From Dimorphilus gyrociliatus (lineage: Eukaryota; Animalia; Annelida): a stretch of 64,000 bases of DNA. Location: NCBI GenBank assembly GCA_904063045.1, contig CAJFCJ010000014.1, forward strand, positions 1-64,000. Reading direction: 5' to 3'. The translations under genes and the position numbers were made by a program. Below, piece after piece: positions 11,220 to 24,600 of this stretch. The notes under the pieces were generated by a model. It did not search any database. It saw only the letters and a program-made list of their open reading frames with translations, and had not been told where the DNA came from. Position 1 is the first letter of the stretch. Each line of letters opens with the position of its first letter.

Positions 11220-14200
11220 CCATTTTTTCTTTCCTGAATTGCAAACTATGAATTCTGACACAATCGATTTCTCTCAAAGTTCTATGCTTGAGTTGTGTGA
11301 TACATCAAATATTTCTACATTGTCAACTTTTTCTAATACTTTTACTACATTCCGAAATGGAATGTGATGTGCACATTGTGCTAAGTTCAAAATTGTATCT
11401 GTTGTATCAAAATATTCACTTAAATCATATTGTCTGTTGAAAATTCACATGACAAATGATTATTCAAAAAGCAATCCAGGCAGATATATTTTAAATGATG
11501 AGTTTTACATGACGCTAGTGCTGCATTTTGTGAAGTTTACAATATTTATTATTCAGTAAATCTTCCTCAATTGAACTGGGAACGAGATAATCAGTCACAA
11601 ATCGATATTTCTTTTGTTTAAACTTGTCACTTTTCTACAATAAGGACAACGAGCATATTTGATTCGTTTTCTAATAGTTCCGCTACACATTCTGAGCAAA
11701 AGATATGATTACAGTTGAGTATTTTTGGCATCTTATCTTCCCAGATTCAGACAAATTGCGCAAATGCTATTGTCATCAGTTAAACAACTCTTAGGTTTTT
11801 CTTCAGTCATCATTACTGATTGTTAAACTGAAATTGCCTGTTTAGTTATTCATTTATTCCTTCATTCGAAGATTTCGCAATACGGAGCGAAATTGAGCAA
11901 TTCGATAAAATTTAAGTATTGTGTTTAGCCTATTTCAATTTTTACTTTCGTATTTGTTGGTATGTGAGGTCAAGTACAATAAAGATACAATGATACAGAT
12001 GAGTGATTGTATCTTTTGATTGTCATGGAAGAATTAGTTGAAAAAAAGAACTTTTGAAAATGTTTTTTTGAAGAAGAAAACTAAACTATTGTCTAACTGC
12101 TTTCAAAGTTTTTACTTGAGTCTTATGAAAGGTGATAACTTAGTTGACAAACTATTTTATCAAATTGAAAAACGGTAACCCTATAAGGAGGAAATTCAAA
12201 CTCAACAGAACAACAGAATCAGTTAAACTTAGAATTTTAAATTTCTCTCTTCAGAAATGACAATAAAACCAATTAAAAACACAATTGAATACACTGGACA
12301 ACTTTCTATGAAAATCAAAAGGATTTAGGGATATGAGACAATTTCTATTATCTATTATAACAATCCATGTATTATTAAATTACAGTACAGAGACTTTTTT
12401 ATAAAGCTCAGGGAAATAATTGAACTATATTTTTTTTCAATAATCTCGAATGTAAAATGGCTTCCTTAGTGGATTTAGTGCAAATTTTAAGATTACTAAT
12501 TTTGATTAGAGGACTTAATACTCAAGAAAACAAACTGAAATTTGATGAATTTAATAATAGAAAATTTCATATAGAAGGATTTTTGATTTTATTACATACA
12601 AAGAAAGCGGATACTTTTGCGATGTAGTTAAATCGAAATAGAAGAATGTTATTACAAATCTAAAATGGCGGGCGATAATACAAATTTTCACATAATATTT
12701 CCATCTATCTGGAAATACCAAAGGTAAAATGAATATCTTTAGGAAAAAAGTGAAGAATATTTTTATGAAAAGATACCTATGCCATTTCACAGCATCAAAT
12801 ATAACATTATCATATTATCCTACAACGATAAAGCAGGTAAAAGAGTGAATGATAAATGATTGTATGTTTCTTCAGAATGTCAACATTTTTCATCAATTCA
12901 ACTTTATCTATAGAAAAGTTAAATTTTTATGACTTTCTTGCTGAGTTACAAAGGCAAGACAGCTGAAAAATTTCAATGGTGACTGTATACAATACATATC
13001 AGTGAGTGTAGAGTTCAATCAAATTAATGAGCCATTTTAAGAGACTAATTATCACTTTCTCTCTCTGCTATAGTCATTTGACCTATTTATTACAACATTC
13101 ATTAAATATAGTAGGAATTAAATTTTTCCTATTGATTCATGGAACTGAACTGTGTTTTTTTCCTTAGCATGGAAAATATATAAGATACCATGTGACCAAA
13201 TTCAAGCAAATTATTAATCTGCCAAAAAATTATTTGTATTTAAATTTTATAAAAGAAAATAAATGAATAACTTTTTTTTGAAAAAAAATCTTTCTTTTTA
13301 GATAAAAATATAAATTTAAATTCCAAGTTAAATATGTATTTGGGAATTGATGGATCCATTCCAATTAACGTGTTTTATTTTAATGAGAGTAGAGTTTATA
13401 TCAATGGTGTTTATCTCTGCGACGGAATAAATGATTGCCCATTTGGAGAGGATGAAAAACTATGCGAATCAAATTTATGGTCATCGCTAAATTATTTCTA
13501 CTGTTTTCCAGATGAAAATTTAACTATCAGCTGCACATTAGTTTGCGATTTTATTGAAGATTGCCCAAACGGATTTGATGAAATTTTCTGCAGTAGGACA
13601 AAAATTTTATTCAAACATTTCTTTTCTCTTGCTAAAATATAATAAACTTGCCAAAAAAAAGCAAGAAATGAAGATCATTGTTATCTTAAAAATGAAAAGT
13701 ATGTAACTTTGTTAAAAAAAATTTGTTATATTAGAAAATTTCTCAGTAAAAATAAAAAAGAGAGAAAAGTAAGAAAGAGATAATGTAACAATCAATCAAG
13801 ACTTATCTCTGATATTAGCTTCTTAACCCTAACAACTCTTTCATTAGTTAGAAAACCTTATTGATTTTGCCAGTCCCATATTTTTTTTTGATAGGATTGA
13901 AAATTTGAAATGTTTCAGAGAATGTAAAATCGTCAATGTGTGAAATTGAGGACATTTGTAATAATAAAAGAAATTGTTTTGATACATCTGATGAATTAGG
14001 TAACAATGAAAATGCTATTGTTTCTAAATTTCAATCTGGTAAAACCAATAAATAGATGTTTATGCAACAATTGATAATTCTACCAAGATGAACAGAAACT
14101 GTTAGAGCTCTTTGGAAAATCATTAACAGCCATATTTGAAGTCATTGTATAAAAATTGAATAGTAAATTGATATTTTTGAAAGTTGTAGAACTGGTTATT

Positions 14201-16339
14201 GCTTTGCATTTAGGTCAAATTTTCAATGTTTGGTCTAAATGCACATTTAAGACAATCAACCATTGAGCAATGACTTAAACACTAGAGCTAAACACTTTAT
14301 GTACTTAGTAGTGATTTATCATTTTCCATTTCAATTGTCAAAAATATCTTTTGAGTAAACCACTCAAAAATAGAATGCGGAAAGAACCGAGCAATTGTCA
14401 CCAAAACTGCGTTAGAAAAGACCAAGTTTGCGATTCAAAAGTTGATTGTGATGATTTTTCGGATGAGTTTAACCAAAAAATATGTGCTCCAGTATATAAG
14501 AAACCCCAGCTAAGAAATGCTCCTGAAGTATGACTCTTTAGGAAGTATGCTACCAGGTTTCTATAAAGAAAGCAGTGATTTATCTCATTGCAATGGAAAG
14601 AAATGTGAAATTGGCGAGTATCTGTCCCAGGAGAATAAATATTGTATATCAATAAATCTGGTATGCGATGGTGTTAATCATTGCCTAAACAATGAAGATG
14701 AATTGAATTGTGGTAATAAATGAGAGGAAGACAAAAATTATTTTTACTTTTCAGTGTAAATTTTCTTTTTATTTTTAAGAAAATTTCATTGCACAAGGAC
14801 ATTTCAAATGTAGAAATGAATCAAGTTTTTTTCAATTAATCAAATATGCAATAATATTGTCGATTGTAAATATGGAAGTGATGAATTATTTTGCATTTCA
14901 AATGTTTTTTCATATCCAAAATGTCGTAGAATAACACTGTATGAATTTTCATGTAAAAGTATTGATAGTATTGCATTAAATATATCAATCAATGTGAAAA
15001 AGTTGGCTATTTTTGGTGATATTCAATTAAGAAATGAAACTGTTCTAACAAACCTAAAATCTTTGAGTGTCACCGAAAACATTAATTTTTCCAATTTGAA
15101 TTCAATTTTTTATCAAATCTAATTCATTTAAGAATTTTAGGCAGTAAATTGGAATTTTTATCATTTAGAGGCAGAAATACAACACTATTACTACTCAACA
15201 TTTGCATATTTCTAAAAATAATTTACAAGATTTAAGCCAGTTCAAAAGTTTCTGTTCCCAAATTTAAGATATTTAGATATTTCAAGAAATCCTTTGAAAA
15301 AATTAAATTACATTTTAAATTCATTTAAATATTTAAATATTTTAAAATTTCCTACTGCAAAATTTTTTATATTATTAATGATTTTTTAAACCAATAACCA
15401 AAATAACTGAACTTCATTTGAATGAAGCAAACTTTCCAACTGAAATTCATACTAAAATTGCTAAAAATTTAAATTCAATACAAAAATCTTTAATAATCAT
15501 TTTACTTATGTTGTTTAATCTGGAAGCTGATTGGTCGACACGTTCTATGTAAACGTCAAATCATTTTTTAACAATGCACAGATTTACTTGGTTTAAATTG
15601 GATTAGAATTGTATTTTGGTGTTTTGGAATATTTGGAGTTTTAGGGAATTTGCTATCCTTTGTATTAGTTCTAATGAAAACCTTGTCAAAATCATATAGA
15701 TTACTGTTAATTCTAAGCAATTATTCAAACGTCGTTATATGTGATTTCAATTGCCATTGTAGATCTATATTTTAAAAATTATTATTAGAAAATGGCAATA
15801 AATGGCAAAATAGTAAATTCTGTAAGTTTCTTGGAATAGCAATGGCATGTTCACAAATACAAACATCACTTTCTGTGCTGTTACTGACTTTGGAAAGACA
15901 TCAAAGTATCATTTATCTTTTAAAGAATCCTATATTGTACTGCTCTTGCTGGCAAATCTATGCGTTTGCAAGTTATAACAATACTGGTTCTACTCGAACT
16001 TTAACAAATGTTTAAATTAAATGGTTTATTCGCAATAATAATACTTAAGCAAGTAACATATGAGAGTTCGATAGCAGAGTAGATAGTTTGTAATAGCAGG
16101 TTGCCAAATTACCAAACTGTCTTCCAATGTTGAGGAGTAGATGGATGGTTCCAGTGGAGGTTGTTTCCAGATGATTTTCCAGGTCCTTGGGTCCAGATGG
16201 AAGCTGCATGCAAATGAGAATAATGAGGATTTATATACTTTGAGGTTTGTCTCTGACATCCAATCATCACTTTACAGTTGCCGAAATGTGTAGTTCATAT
16301 TTATCTTTAGTAACAGGATGTTACAAGGTTCAACATTTA

Positions 16340-16628
16340 NNNNNNNNNNNNNNNNNNNNNNNNNNNNNNNNNNNNNNNNNNNNNNNNNNNNNNNNNNNNN
16401 NNNNNNNNNNNNNNNNNNNNNNNNNNNNNNNNNNNNNNNNNNNNNNNNNNNNNNNNNNNNNNNNNNNNNNNNNNNNNNNNNNNNNNNNNNNNNNNNNNNN
16501 NNNNNNNNNNNNNNNNNNNNNNNNNNNNNNNNNNNNNNNNNNNNNNNNNNNNNNNNNNNNNNNNNNNNNNNNNNNNNNNNNNNNNNNNNNNNNNNNNNNN
16601 NNNNNNNNNNNNNNNNNNNNNNNNNNNN
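16340..16628. other. Assembly gap (289 N)
   Basis: Run of N. Confidence 1.
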
Positions 16629-17740
16629 ATTGGCTGATGGAGACTGAATGATAATTTTATGCATGTAGTAATCATCTTTAAGTTGGCCAAATACTTTTAT
16701 TCCACTGTGATAGAATCCAGCAATATAAATAAAATCTCCCACTTGGCCAGTTACATCATAACATATTTGTTTTGTAGACATTGATGATTTATCAATAACA
16801 TTTTGAGCAAAGTGTAGATCTCCTGTTGCAGATGCCCATGGTGAAGGAGCACCAAAGGAAAAATAAACTGGAATGTCTTTCCATCAGACAAGCAGCTTGC
16901 AACCATGAGAAGAGATTCCTGAGAACCAGTTTTAGTAACTGTAATTATCATGTCATTTTGTCTTAAATCAGTTGATCCATCATAATTTGTTGTAGCTATT
17001 GCAGAGTGTGGTTGAGTTAAGCTGAGATAAAGAAAAATAATCATATAGATGATGATGAATAATTAAATTTCACTGAACTAATAACCTGCAAGTAGCACCA
17101 GCAAACATACTATCTAATTTAGCTGTAGTTGGTGAGGATTGCATATTTGACACATCAATTTCAACCCCATATATCACAGGTAGAGTACTAGCACCAAAAG
17201 CTAATGAAACATTGGAATTTTGAAATAAATGTTTTGAAAATAGTTTATAGTATAACATACTCTCAACTGCATAAACATATGCCCTTAATTCAAAACTAAT
17301 TGATGACCCTGAAGCACTACAGGTGAAAGAAAAAGTTAAGATAAAATCTTCAGTGAATGATGATAAAGCAGAAGATGAAATTGCTGTAAGTTTGAATTGT
17401 AGTATATACTATTTGGGTATTTTGTGCTACCACAGTTCCATCTGATTTTTTAGCTATAAAGCTATAAAACAAATTAAATTTGTAAAATTCATTATTCAAA
17501 TTTTAATATACAAAAACACCTGCATGTAGGATTTCCAACCTGGTTTTTATAAGATACATAATAGCTTTGATAACCTTCCAACATTACAGCTGAAACTTGA
17601 ACTGATACAGAAAATTGTTGTGAATGAACCACAAAAACTGTTGATTAAAATATAATTAAAAAATTATTTGAGACAAATCTAAATATCATTCAACCTAAAT
17701 TCAAAAGAAGAAAAACAGTATATATTGTAAAATTCTTCAT
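16629..17740 (-). CDS. Multi-exon gene for an unknown secreted protein, truncated at the gap
   Basis: MKNFTIYTVFLLLNL|VFVVHS signal peptide. About five exons joined by ~55-65-bp GT-AG introns (QQFSVSVQVSAVMLEGYQSYY..., TFGASTLPVIYGVEIDVS..., LTQPHSAIATTNYDGSTDL..., CYDVTGQVGDFIYIAGFY). Two apparent frameshifts. Confidence 0.6.
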
Positions 17741-18634
17741 GATTTCTTTTAACACCTCTGCTACCAGTCTGCCTGCTTTATAAGTGTTTTTTCAATAAAA
17801 GGTCATGTAACAATTTTTCAAGAACATTTTCTGAAACAGTTTCATTTCTATTTTGTCTATTTTGAAAGAAGTTAAGAATATTTTCAAATACATTTCTATA
17901 ATGAAATTGAGATCATTGTGAATTGACAGAACAGATTGTAACCAATGCAGAATTTAGAAGATAGATTCTTTACTCTATTAGCGAGCTTTAAAATGTTTTG
18001 TTGTTGTATCATGAATAGGCCTAGAAATTCTGTTTTATTTTATTATAGATTCAAATGTCTCTTACAACATTTTGTATCATTCATTCCTTTTATACTTAAT
18101 TTGATTTCTGTTTGTGTCACTGAACTGGGTAGGTGACTCTATTTATTGCCAAATCTATTATCAATGATTATTGACTACCCAAGTATAGGACGATTTAGAG
18201 TAAAAATATTTGTAGCAAATTGTGGCTTAGAGATTAAAGATTCATTGAGTGTTAAAAGATGTTTATAAATATGTTAATATTTTGATCAGATAGTATAGAC
18301 ATATGTTAAATATGAGTCTATCTTCAATTTATTAGTGACCATGAATATATACAGTGATTTTACACACCCAAGTACATCTGCAACTGAACTTTTAACAATC
18401 CAACTGTAGGTTAACCTACACAGGAAACATAATAACATTTAACAAAATTGTACTTCAATGAGTCATTCTAGAGATTCTAGTGCAATTGGCAAAGGAACAA
18501 AGAACTTTGCAAGGTTGTATGTTTTCTAAGCACTTGCTTACAAATAATACAATATCAAAATGTATTGTTAGAATGGTAAGTTGACAAGTGACAGCAAAGG
18601 GGAATTCTTTGATTTTAAAGAAACAGAAAACAAG

Positions 18635-21600
18635 TTATCTATATAATTTCCAATTTTTGCGTTGAATTATCAAGCAGATAGCAATTACTAATACCAAAAT
18701 TATCATAAAGATGGCGCTGGAAATACCAATTATCAAATATATCTGATCACTACCTCTAATCAGAAAACTTTGAGGATTGAATGTAGACGTATAATCCCTA
18801 GGCTCTTCTTTCTCTCCATCATTAGAGGCAAGTGTGCTAGTTAGTTCATCTTGACTTGTTGTTGGTATCATAGCTACTTCATTGGCTTGTTGAATGTATA
18901 CATTGAATGAAGAAGTACTTGAACAAGGGTCACTAGATCTATCCGATACTATAACATAACTTTCAAATAATCCAACCGGAAGTGGATACCTTGTTGTTAT
19001 GATTTCTAAAGAATTTTCTCTAACTTCAAACAGTTTCATTTGTTTTTTACTATCAACTTGATAAATAAGATCCGCTTTTAAACCAGAGTCGACATCCGTA
19101 GCTTCTATTCTGGAGACAAGAGATCCTATATTTGTATTTGAATTCAAAACAATTGTATCAGTTGAAACAGGATGTTTTATCACTGCACATTCATTTACAT
19201 CATCCACAATAATTGTGACCAATGTTGAAGAAGATAATTTCATTATGGTATTTTCCATTGCTAATACTTCAACATTATAAATTCCTGGTTGAAATTTTCC
19301 ATTCGATCTCAATACTCCATTTTGTTCATCAATTACCACTGAAATGTTTGAGTAGATTAAACTATAGAGTATTCCTTTAGTAGATCCTGTATCCGTATCA
19401 TTTGCTTGAATATGTAAAATGTACTCATTCGGTGATATCAACTCATCAACGTGAACTATATATTGTTCTTTCAAAAACTTTGGAATTTCTACATTTGGCA
19501 GTGCTGCTTGGGAACAATCTTCGCCTGTATAACCTCTGTGACAATAGCAAACATTTGGAGCGATGCATAGGCCATTTCCAGAACAATTTGACTTTTCCGT
19601 ACAATATGCTTGGGAACAAGTGAGTCCAAACCATAAGGGATTGCAGGAACACTTATCAAACGATGTACAATTGCCATTACCTGAACAGAAATTTAAGGTT
19701 TCGCATGAAAATTGAGTACAATCCATTCCCTTAAAGCCTATGTTACATTTACACTGGAGAGGTGAAATACAAGTGCCGTTATTGGAACATGGTGGACTAC
19801 ATTCTGGTTGGCTACAATTTTGTCCAGTATATCCAGTATAACATTGACATTCTGTTGAATTTTTACAAATTCCATTACCGTTGCAATTGTCCAATTGAGG
19901 GCATTTTGTTAAAGATTCGCAGAGGTCACCTTCAAAACCATTGTGACAAACACATTGATTAGGGCCTATGCATTCTCCATTTGATGAACAATCTTCCTTG
20001 CACTTTGCTGTTGAACAGGAATCGCCTTCCCATCCTTCTTCACATAAACAAACATCATATGCAATACATAATCCATGATTTGTGCAATAGTTCATATTCT
20101 CGCAACTATATTGCAGACAACTATTTCCGCTATATCCTTTTTCACATCTGCATTTATCGTGATCAACACAAACACCACGATTGGAGCATCCACTAGGACA
20201 TATTGCCACATCTGAACAATTTTTACCTGTCCAACCTTCTTGACATTTACAAATATCAGTTTTCATGCAGATTCCTCTCGATGAACAATTTCCTTCACAG
20301 TAGGCCTCAATCTCGCACGTTGATCCCTCAAAACCTTGGAAACAGGAGCAAAATCCTCCCGAACAATTACCATTTATACATTGCCCACACACTCCAATCT
20401 CGCAATATTCTCCAGACCATCCATCAATGCAAACGCATTCTTTATCCTGACATATTCCTCTATTTGAACATTGATTTTTGCAGTTTTTCATCGATAAAAC
20501 ACCTTGTTTGGCCAATGAATAGTCATTGGACAAGACAACATCGAAAATACAATTTTTCTTATCATTTTCATTCATCTGGTCACCTGTGCATAGTTTTGTG
20601 GCAATAGCAACTTTTGATTGGTCAACATGATTGAGATCGTACACTGGTTTATGAGATGAGCTGGTATAGCTAGAATCCATAATATCATCTTTATGGAAAT
20701 TGGATAAATTGAATGACCAAGTGTTGTACAAGCTGCCATTGTTTCTGGATGAGTTGACTACTCTCCAAGACTCTACAAAATCAATATGTGAGGAAAAATT
20801 TTGTCCATTTGGACCTAGAAAATCATCACTTTTAACGCCATTCATCAATCCACATATACCGGAAGTTGCGTTAAACATTTCATCATCAGCAGTGATTGAT
20901 AAACTTAAGTATTGGTGTTTCATTTCATGACTGTATGATGTGATAGCTGTTAAAGATGCTCCGCTATTGATTTTTACAGCTGTTATAAGAATTGTAGGAT
21001 CATCTTGCTGTACAAGTAGAGATTTTGGTGAAATATCAATACGTATTGAGTCATTATCAAATTTATAGGAGTGATTACTTTTCAAATTATCAATTAAAGA
21101 TCCATCCAATCTGAGAATAGGAAAATCATCTAAATTCACATTCTGTCTACAAGATACAGTCAAGATGGATGATTTGCCAATTTTAACAGAAATCGCTCCT
21201 ATGAATGATGTTGTTTTAAAGGCAAAAAATCGATATTGATAAGAGAGAGGAGGAGAAATACATCCCCAAAATTGACCAATTCCAAAATAATCAAATGTTC
21301 TGCCATCCAGAGTCTCTAAGTGAGGATCACCCCATTGAATCCTCGAAAAACGGATTTCGCAAGAATTACCAAGCCATGAAGAGAAACAATTACACCTCGA
21401 CCTACAGTTGCTAGTAGGGGAACAAACTCCATTGTTATTGCAGTTAGGTGAAGGACTACAAACTGGTATATCACATGACTTCCCTCTCCTTTCAGGCACA
21501 CATATATTATCTATTCCACATTGATTTCTATTTAAACATTCACCATAAGATGACCTAACTGCAACTGAACCTCTGTAGCTCAAAGAGCATGGTTCGCAAT

Positions 21601-24600
21601 GGCAAAGTCCATTTTCCATCCTCGACTTGGTGCCATCTAGACAGTAGCAAGGACATCCAGTGTTAGGATTATAAATATCTCTGGCAGAGCCATCATCACA
21701 GCAAAAACAATTTCCATAGCTGAATTTAAAGCTAAAATGTTGCAGGCCACCTTCACATCTACAAGGACACATACACTCTTGTTTTTGCTTGTTGAAGAAT
21801 CCATATGAGATTTCATAGTTAGCAATACAAGTACAAATATCAAATTTTCTTTTATTTTGTCTTTTGTATTCTTGGCATTGGCTGAAAAATCATTCATTTA
21901 GCATTACTATCACTAATGTGTAAAAAAAATTCAACCTTGCTAGAGTGACGGCATTCTGACTTTTAGAATTCAGGAAGAAAATTTTTTTTTCATATTCTGA
22001 ATAAGACATTATTCCACTGCTTGCTAACTTTTTAAATGATACTAATGCTGTATTAATCTTTTCATTTCTACAGATACTTTCATCAGAATATCCAACTTTC
22101 AATTCAAGTTCTTTGCTTAATTGAACTTTAATTAATGATTGATCAGTATTCCGATGATTGTCAAAAGCATTTGTAATTGATATTCCTGAAATGAAATATT
22201 TTATGTTTACAGGATTAGGCCTATAGAGAATATTAAATTCAAATTGTTCTCAACTGACTTGCCAACCAGTTATTAACAGAATTTACTATTCCATTACTAT
22301 TCCAATATTTTTTACTTTTCTTTTCTTGTTGAAATATTGAAGAAATGATTTGGTTAGTATCCTCTTTATACAATGGCCATTTAAGAGATAAATCAATAGT
22401 ATATGGTACAGTTAACTTTCCATATCCTGACCAATTTAATTTTGAATTGCAGCTAGCCTTCTCCTTTTCAACTGATGTCTGAAAATTATCTATTCTTTTT
22501 TTGTTGGGGAAAAAGATGAAACCACTTTCAGCTTTACCTGAAAGTGAACACTGTTCAGAGGTAAATGCCAATTTGTCATATGATTCTAAAGATATTGGAC
22601 CAATTGAAAAATTTGACATTGAAAGTAAACCAGGAAATGAAAATCCATTAATTTGATATTGAAAGAAGTATTGGAATTTTTTAGGTGAAATTATTGCTTG
22701 TTTTTCAAACATTTCTGATGATTTTGTAGTAGAAATGTTATATTTTATATCAGTATTAAAATTAGTTTTAAATGTTATCTTCAAATAATTCAAACCAGAA
22801 AAAGGTAGGATTTTTGTCTCTAAATTTGTTTCAATCAAAGAAGTAAACTTTGAATTGATTGAAAGTTTTGAATTTGGATTCTAAGGGAAAATGAAAATAT
22901 AGGAAAAGTGTTATCAATTGTTTTTTTTTTATAAATACTTACATTTCTATTGTAATTTGGAAAATGATCTTGAACGAAAAGTTTATGTTCCAGAAACTTA
23001 TCTTGCGATGATTTACCAGTTTTTAACATTAATTTACTAATATCGATAGTATTGATATTCATATCTTGAGAAAGTGATTTTAAATCAATCATTTCAATGG
23101 CCATCCAACCATCTAATAAGGTCCTTAGGCCTACTACATAGCCTAAAGATGGTTGTAATCTATCACCAACAATCAAATCACCTATCCTTGCTTCATAATC
23201 TCTGTTCAAATAATAAAGATTATGTAAAAAGTTGTAATTTCTACATTGAAGCTGATGATTTGATAAAATTTTGATTCCATCAAAATGATCATTTTCCAAT
23301 TGGTCAGGTGAACAATAGACTAATTTCGATTCTAAAAATACATCTTTATTGTGTGTTTTCTCAAATTTCAGGACTCTTTGAAGAAAACCATAAGTATTTT
23401 CAACATGAATGACATCTTTCACCTTTATTTCGATCATCTCTTTTACAATGATGTAATAGGACCATTTTATATTGTCATAATCTTTCTTGTATAGATATTC
23501 TTCACCCAAACATTTGATATTCATTCTCCCTGTGATTCTTCTTCCAGGATGATTCAACTGATGAAGCATTGCTAAATCATCTTTTGAAGGGGGAGTTGAC
23601 TTAAATAGTTCAAGTGGAATATAACTGCCAAATGCACCAGTTGTCTTGAAATGACTATACTCAATTAAATCTAAAGGGTTCGTCTGGTAGGTAACCAGAA
23701 TTTTGTAATTTGATAACGAACTGGTATAGTGTTCAATCCTGTGATGGAGTCCTATACTTTCATCGCTAATTATCACATCTCCAACTTTTAAAGCTAGTCT
23801 ATTTGCATCATCATCGCCATCATCTCCGTTCCCCTCTCTTAAGATGATTATCTCGTATTTATCCTGAAAATCTCCATTCAGACTTTGTTCACTCTGGCAT
23901 TTGAACAGTGTGGTTGAATGAGGTATTTTTTTAACATTTTCTTTGAATCGAATGCTACTCAACCTCTCTTCAGTTGCCAAGTTGGGTGATGGAACGCCAT
24001 TTATACATTTATTCTCATTCCATATTTTACAGCCAGATGGCGTTTCTACAAAGCAATTCATTATATCAATACACTGCTGGCAGTATTGAGTTTTGCTTAT
24101 ATCTGCACAGAACTGTTTTTTACAGTTTAAAGTTGATATTTGATTGGAACAATAATTGGGTCCCATACTAAAACAATTCCAGTAAAACCAATCCGGGCAA
24201 GATCTGTATGGTTTATCAGGTTTTCCCGGAATGCATCTTTGAGTGGTATCACACCATCCGCAGCCATCATTCTTTACGCATGTTGCGCAGGATGTATACC
24301 TTGGACATTTTGATATTGAACATCTGCTACCTTGCCATCCAGGATTGCATTGGCAAACATTTGGGCCAATGCAAGACCCCCGTTTGTTACAGTTGTTAGC
24401 GCAGGTAAACGTGGAACAATCCTCACCTGTCCATCCTGAATTGCAAAGGCATGTTGTTCCATAGCATTCACCTCTTTTGAAACAATTATTTTTACATAAA
24501 CCTAAAATGGCTTGTTTGCATACAAATGATTTGATGATGTTATTTTTAACCAATTGTCCATTTGTTTGTTGAAAATGTTTATCATCATCACTGGTCCATA

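Larger units (their letters stand above)
6085..16339. repeat. ~5.1-kb inverted duplication (arms 6085-11219 and ~11243-16339)
   Basis: The right arm is the reverse complement of the left; for example ORF 8812..9177(-) is mirrored by 13334..13642(+). Spacer ~23 nt. Most differences are homopolymer indels. The right arm ends at the N-gap. Confidence 0.97.

Noticed and set aside
11243-16339. Apparent second copies of the RING gene, receptor 1 and the LTR on the opposite strand
   Set aside because: They are the mirror arm of the palindrome, with extra indels, and are not independent loci.
16247-16781. ORF-track entries made mostly of X
   Set aside because: They only span the N-gap.
17790-18130. 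Possible non-LTR RT remnant (ILHWLQSVLS on the minus strand)
   Set aside because: One weak motif, multiple stops, no supporting RT motifs.
19402-21897. Many short Cys/His-rich ORFs overlapping the EGF array, likewise at 23974-24471 and 62062-62971
   Set aside because: Shadows of Cys-rich coding sequence on the other strand or in another frame.
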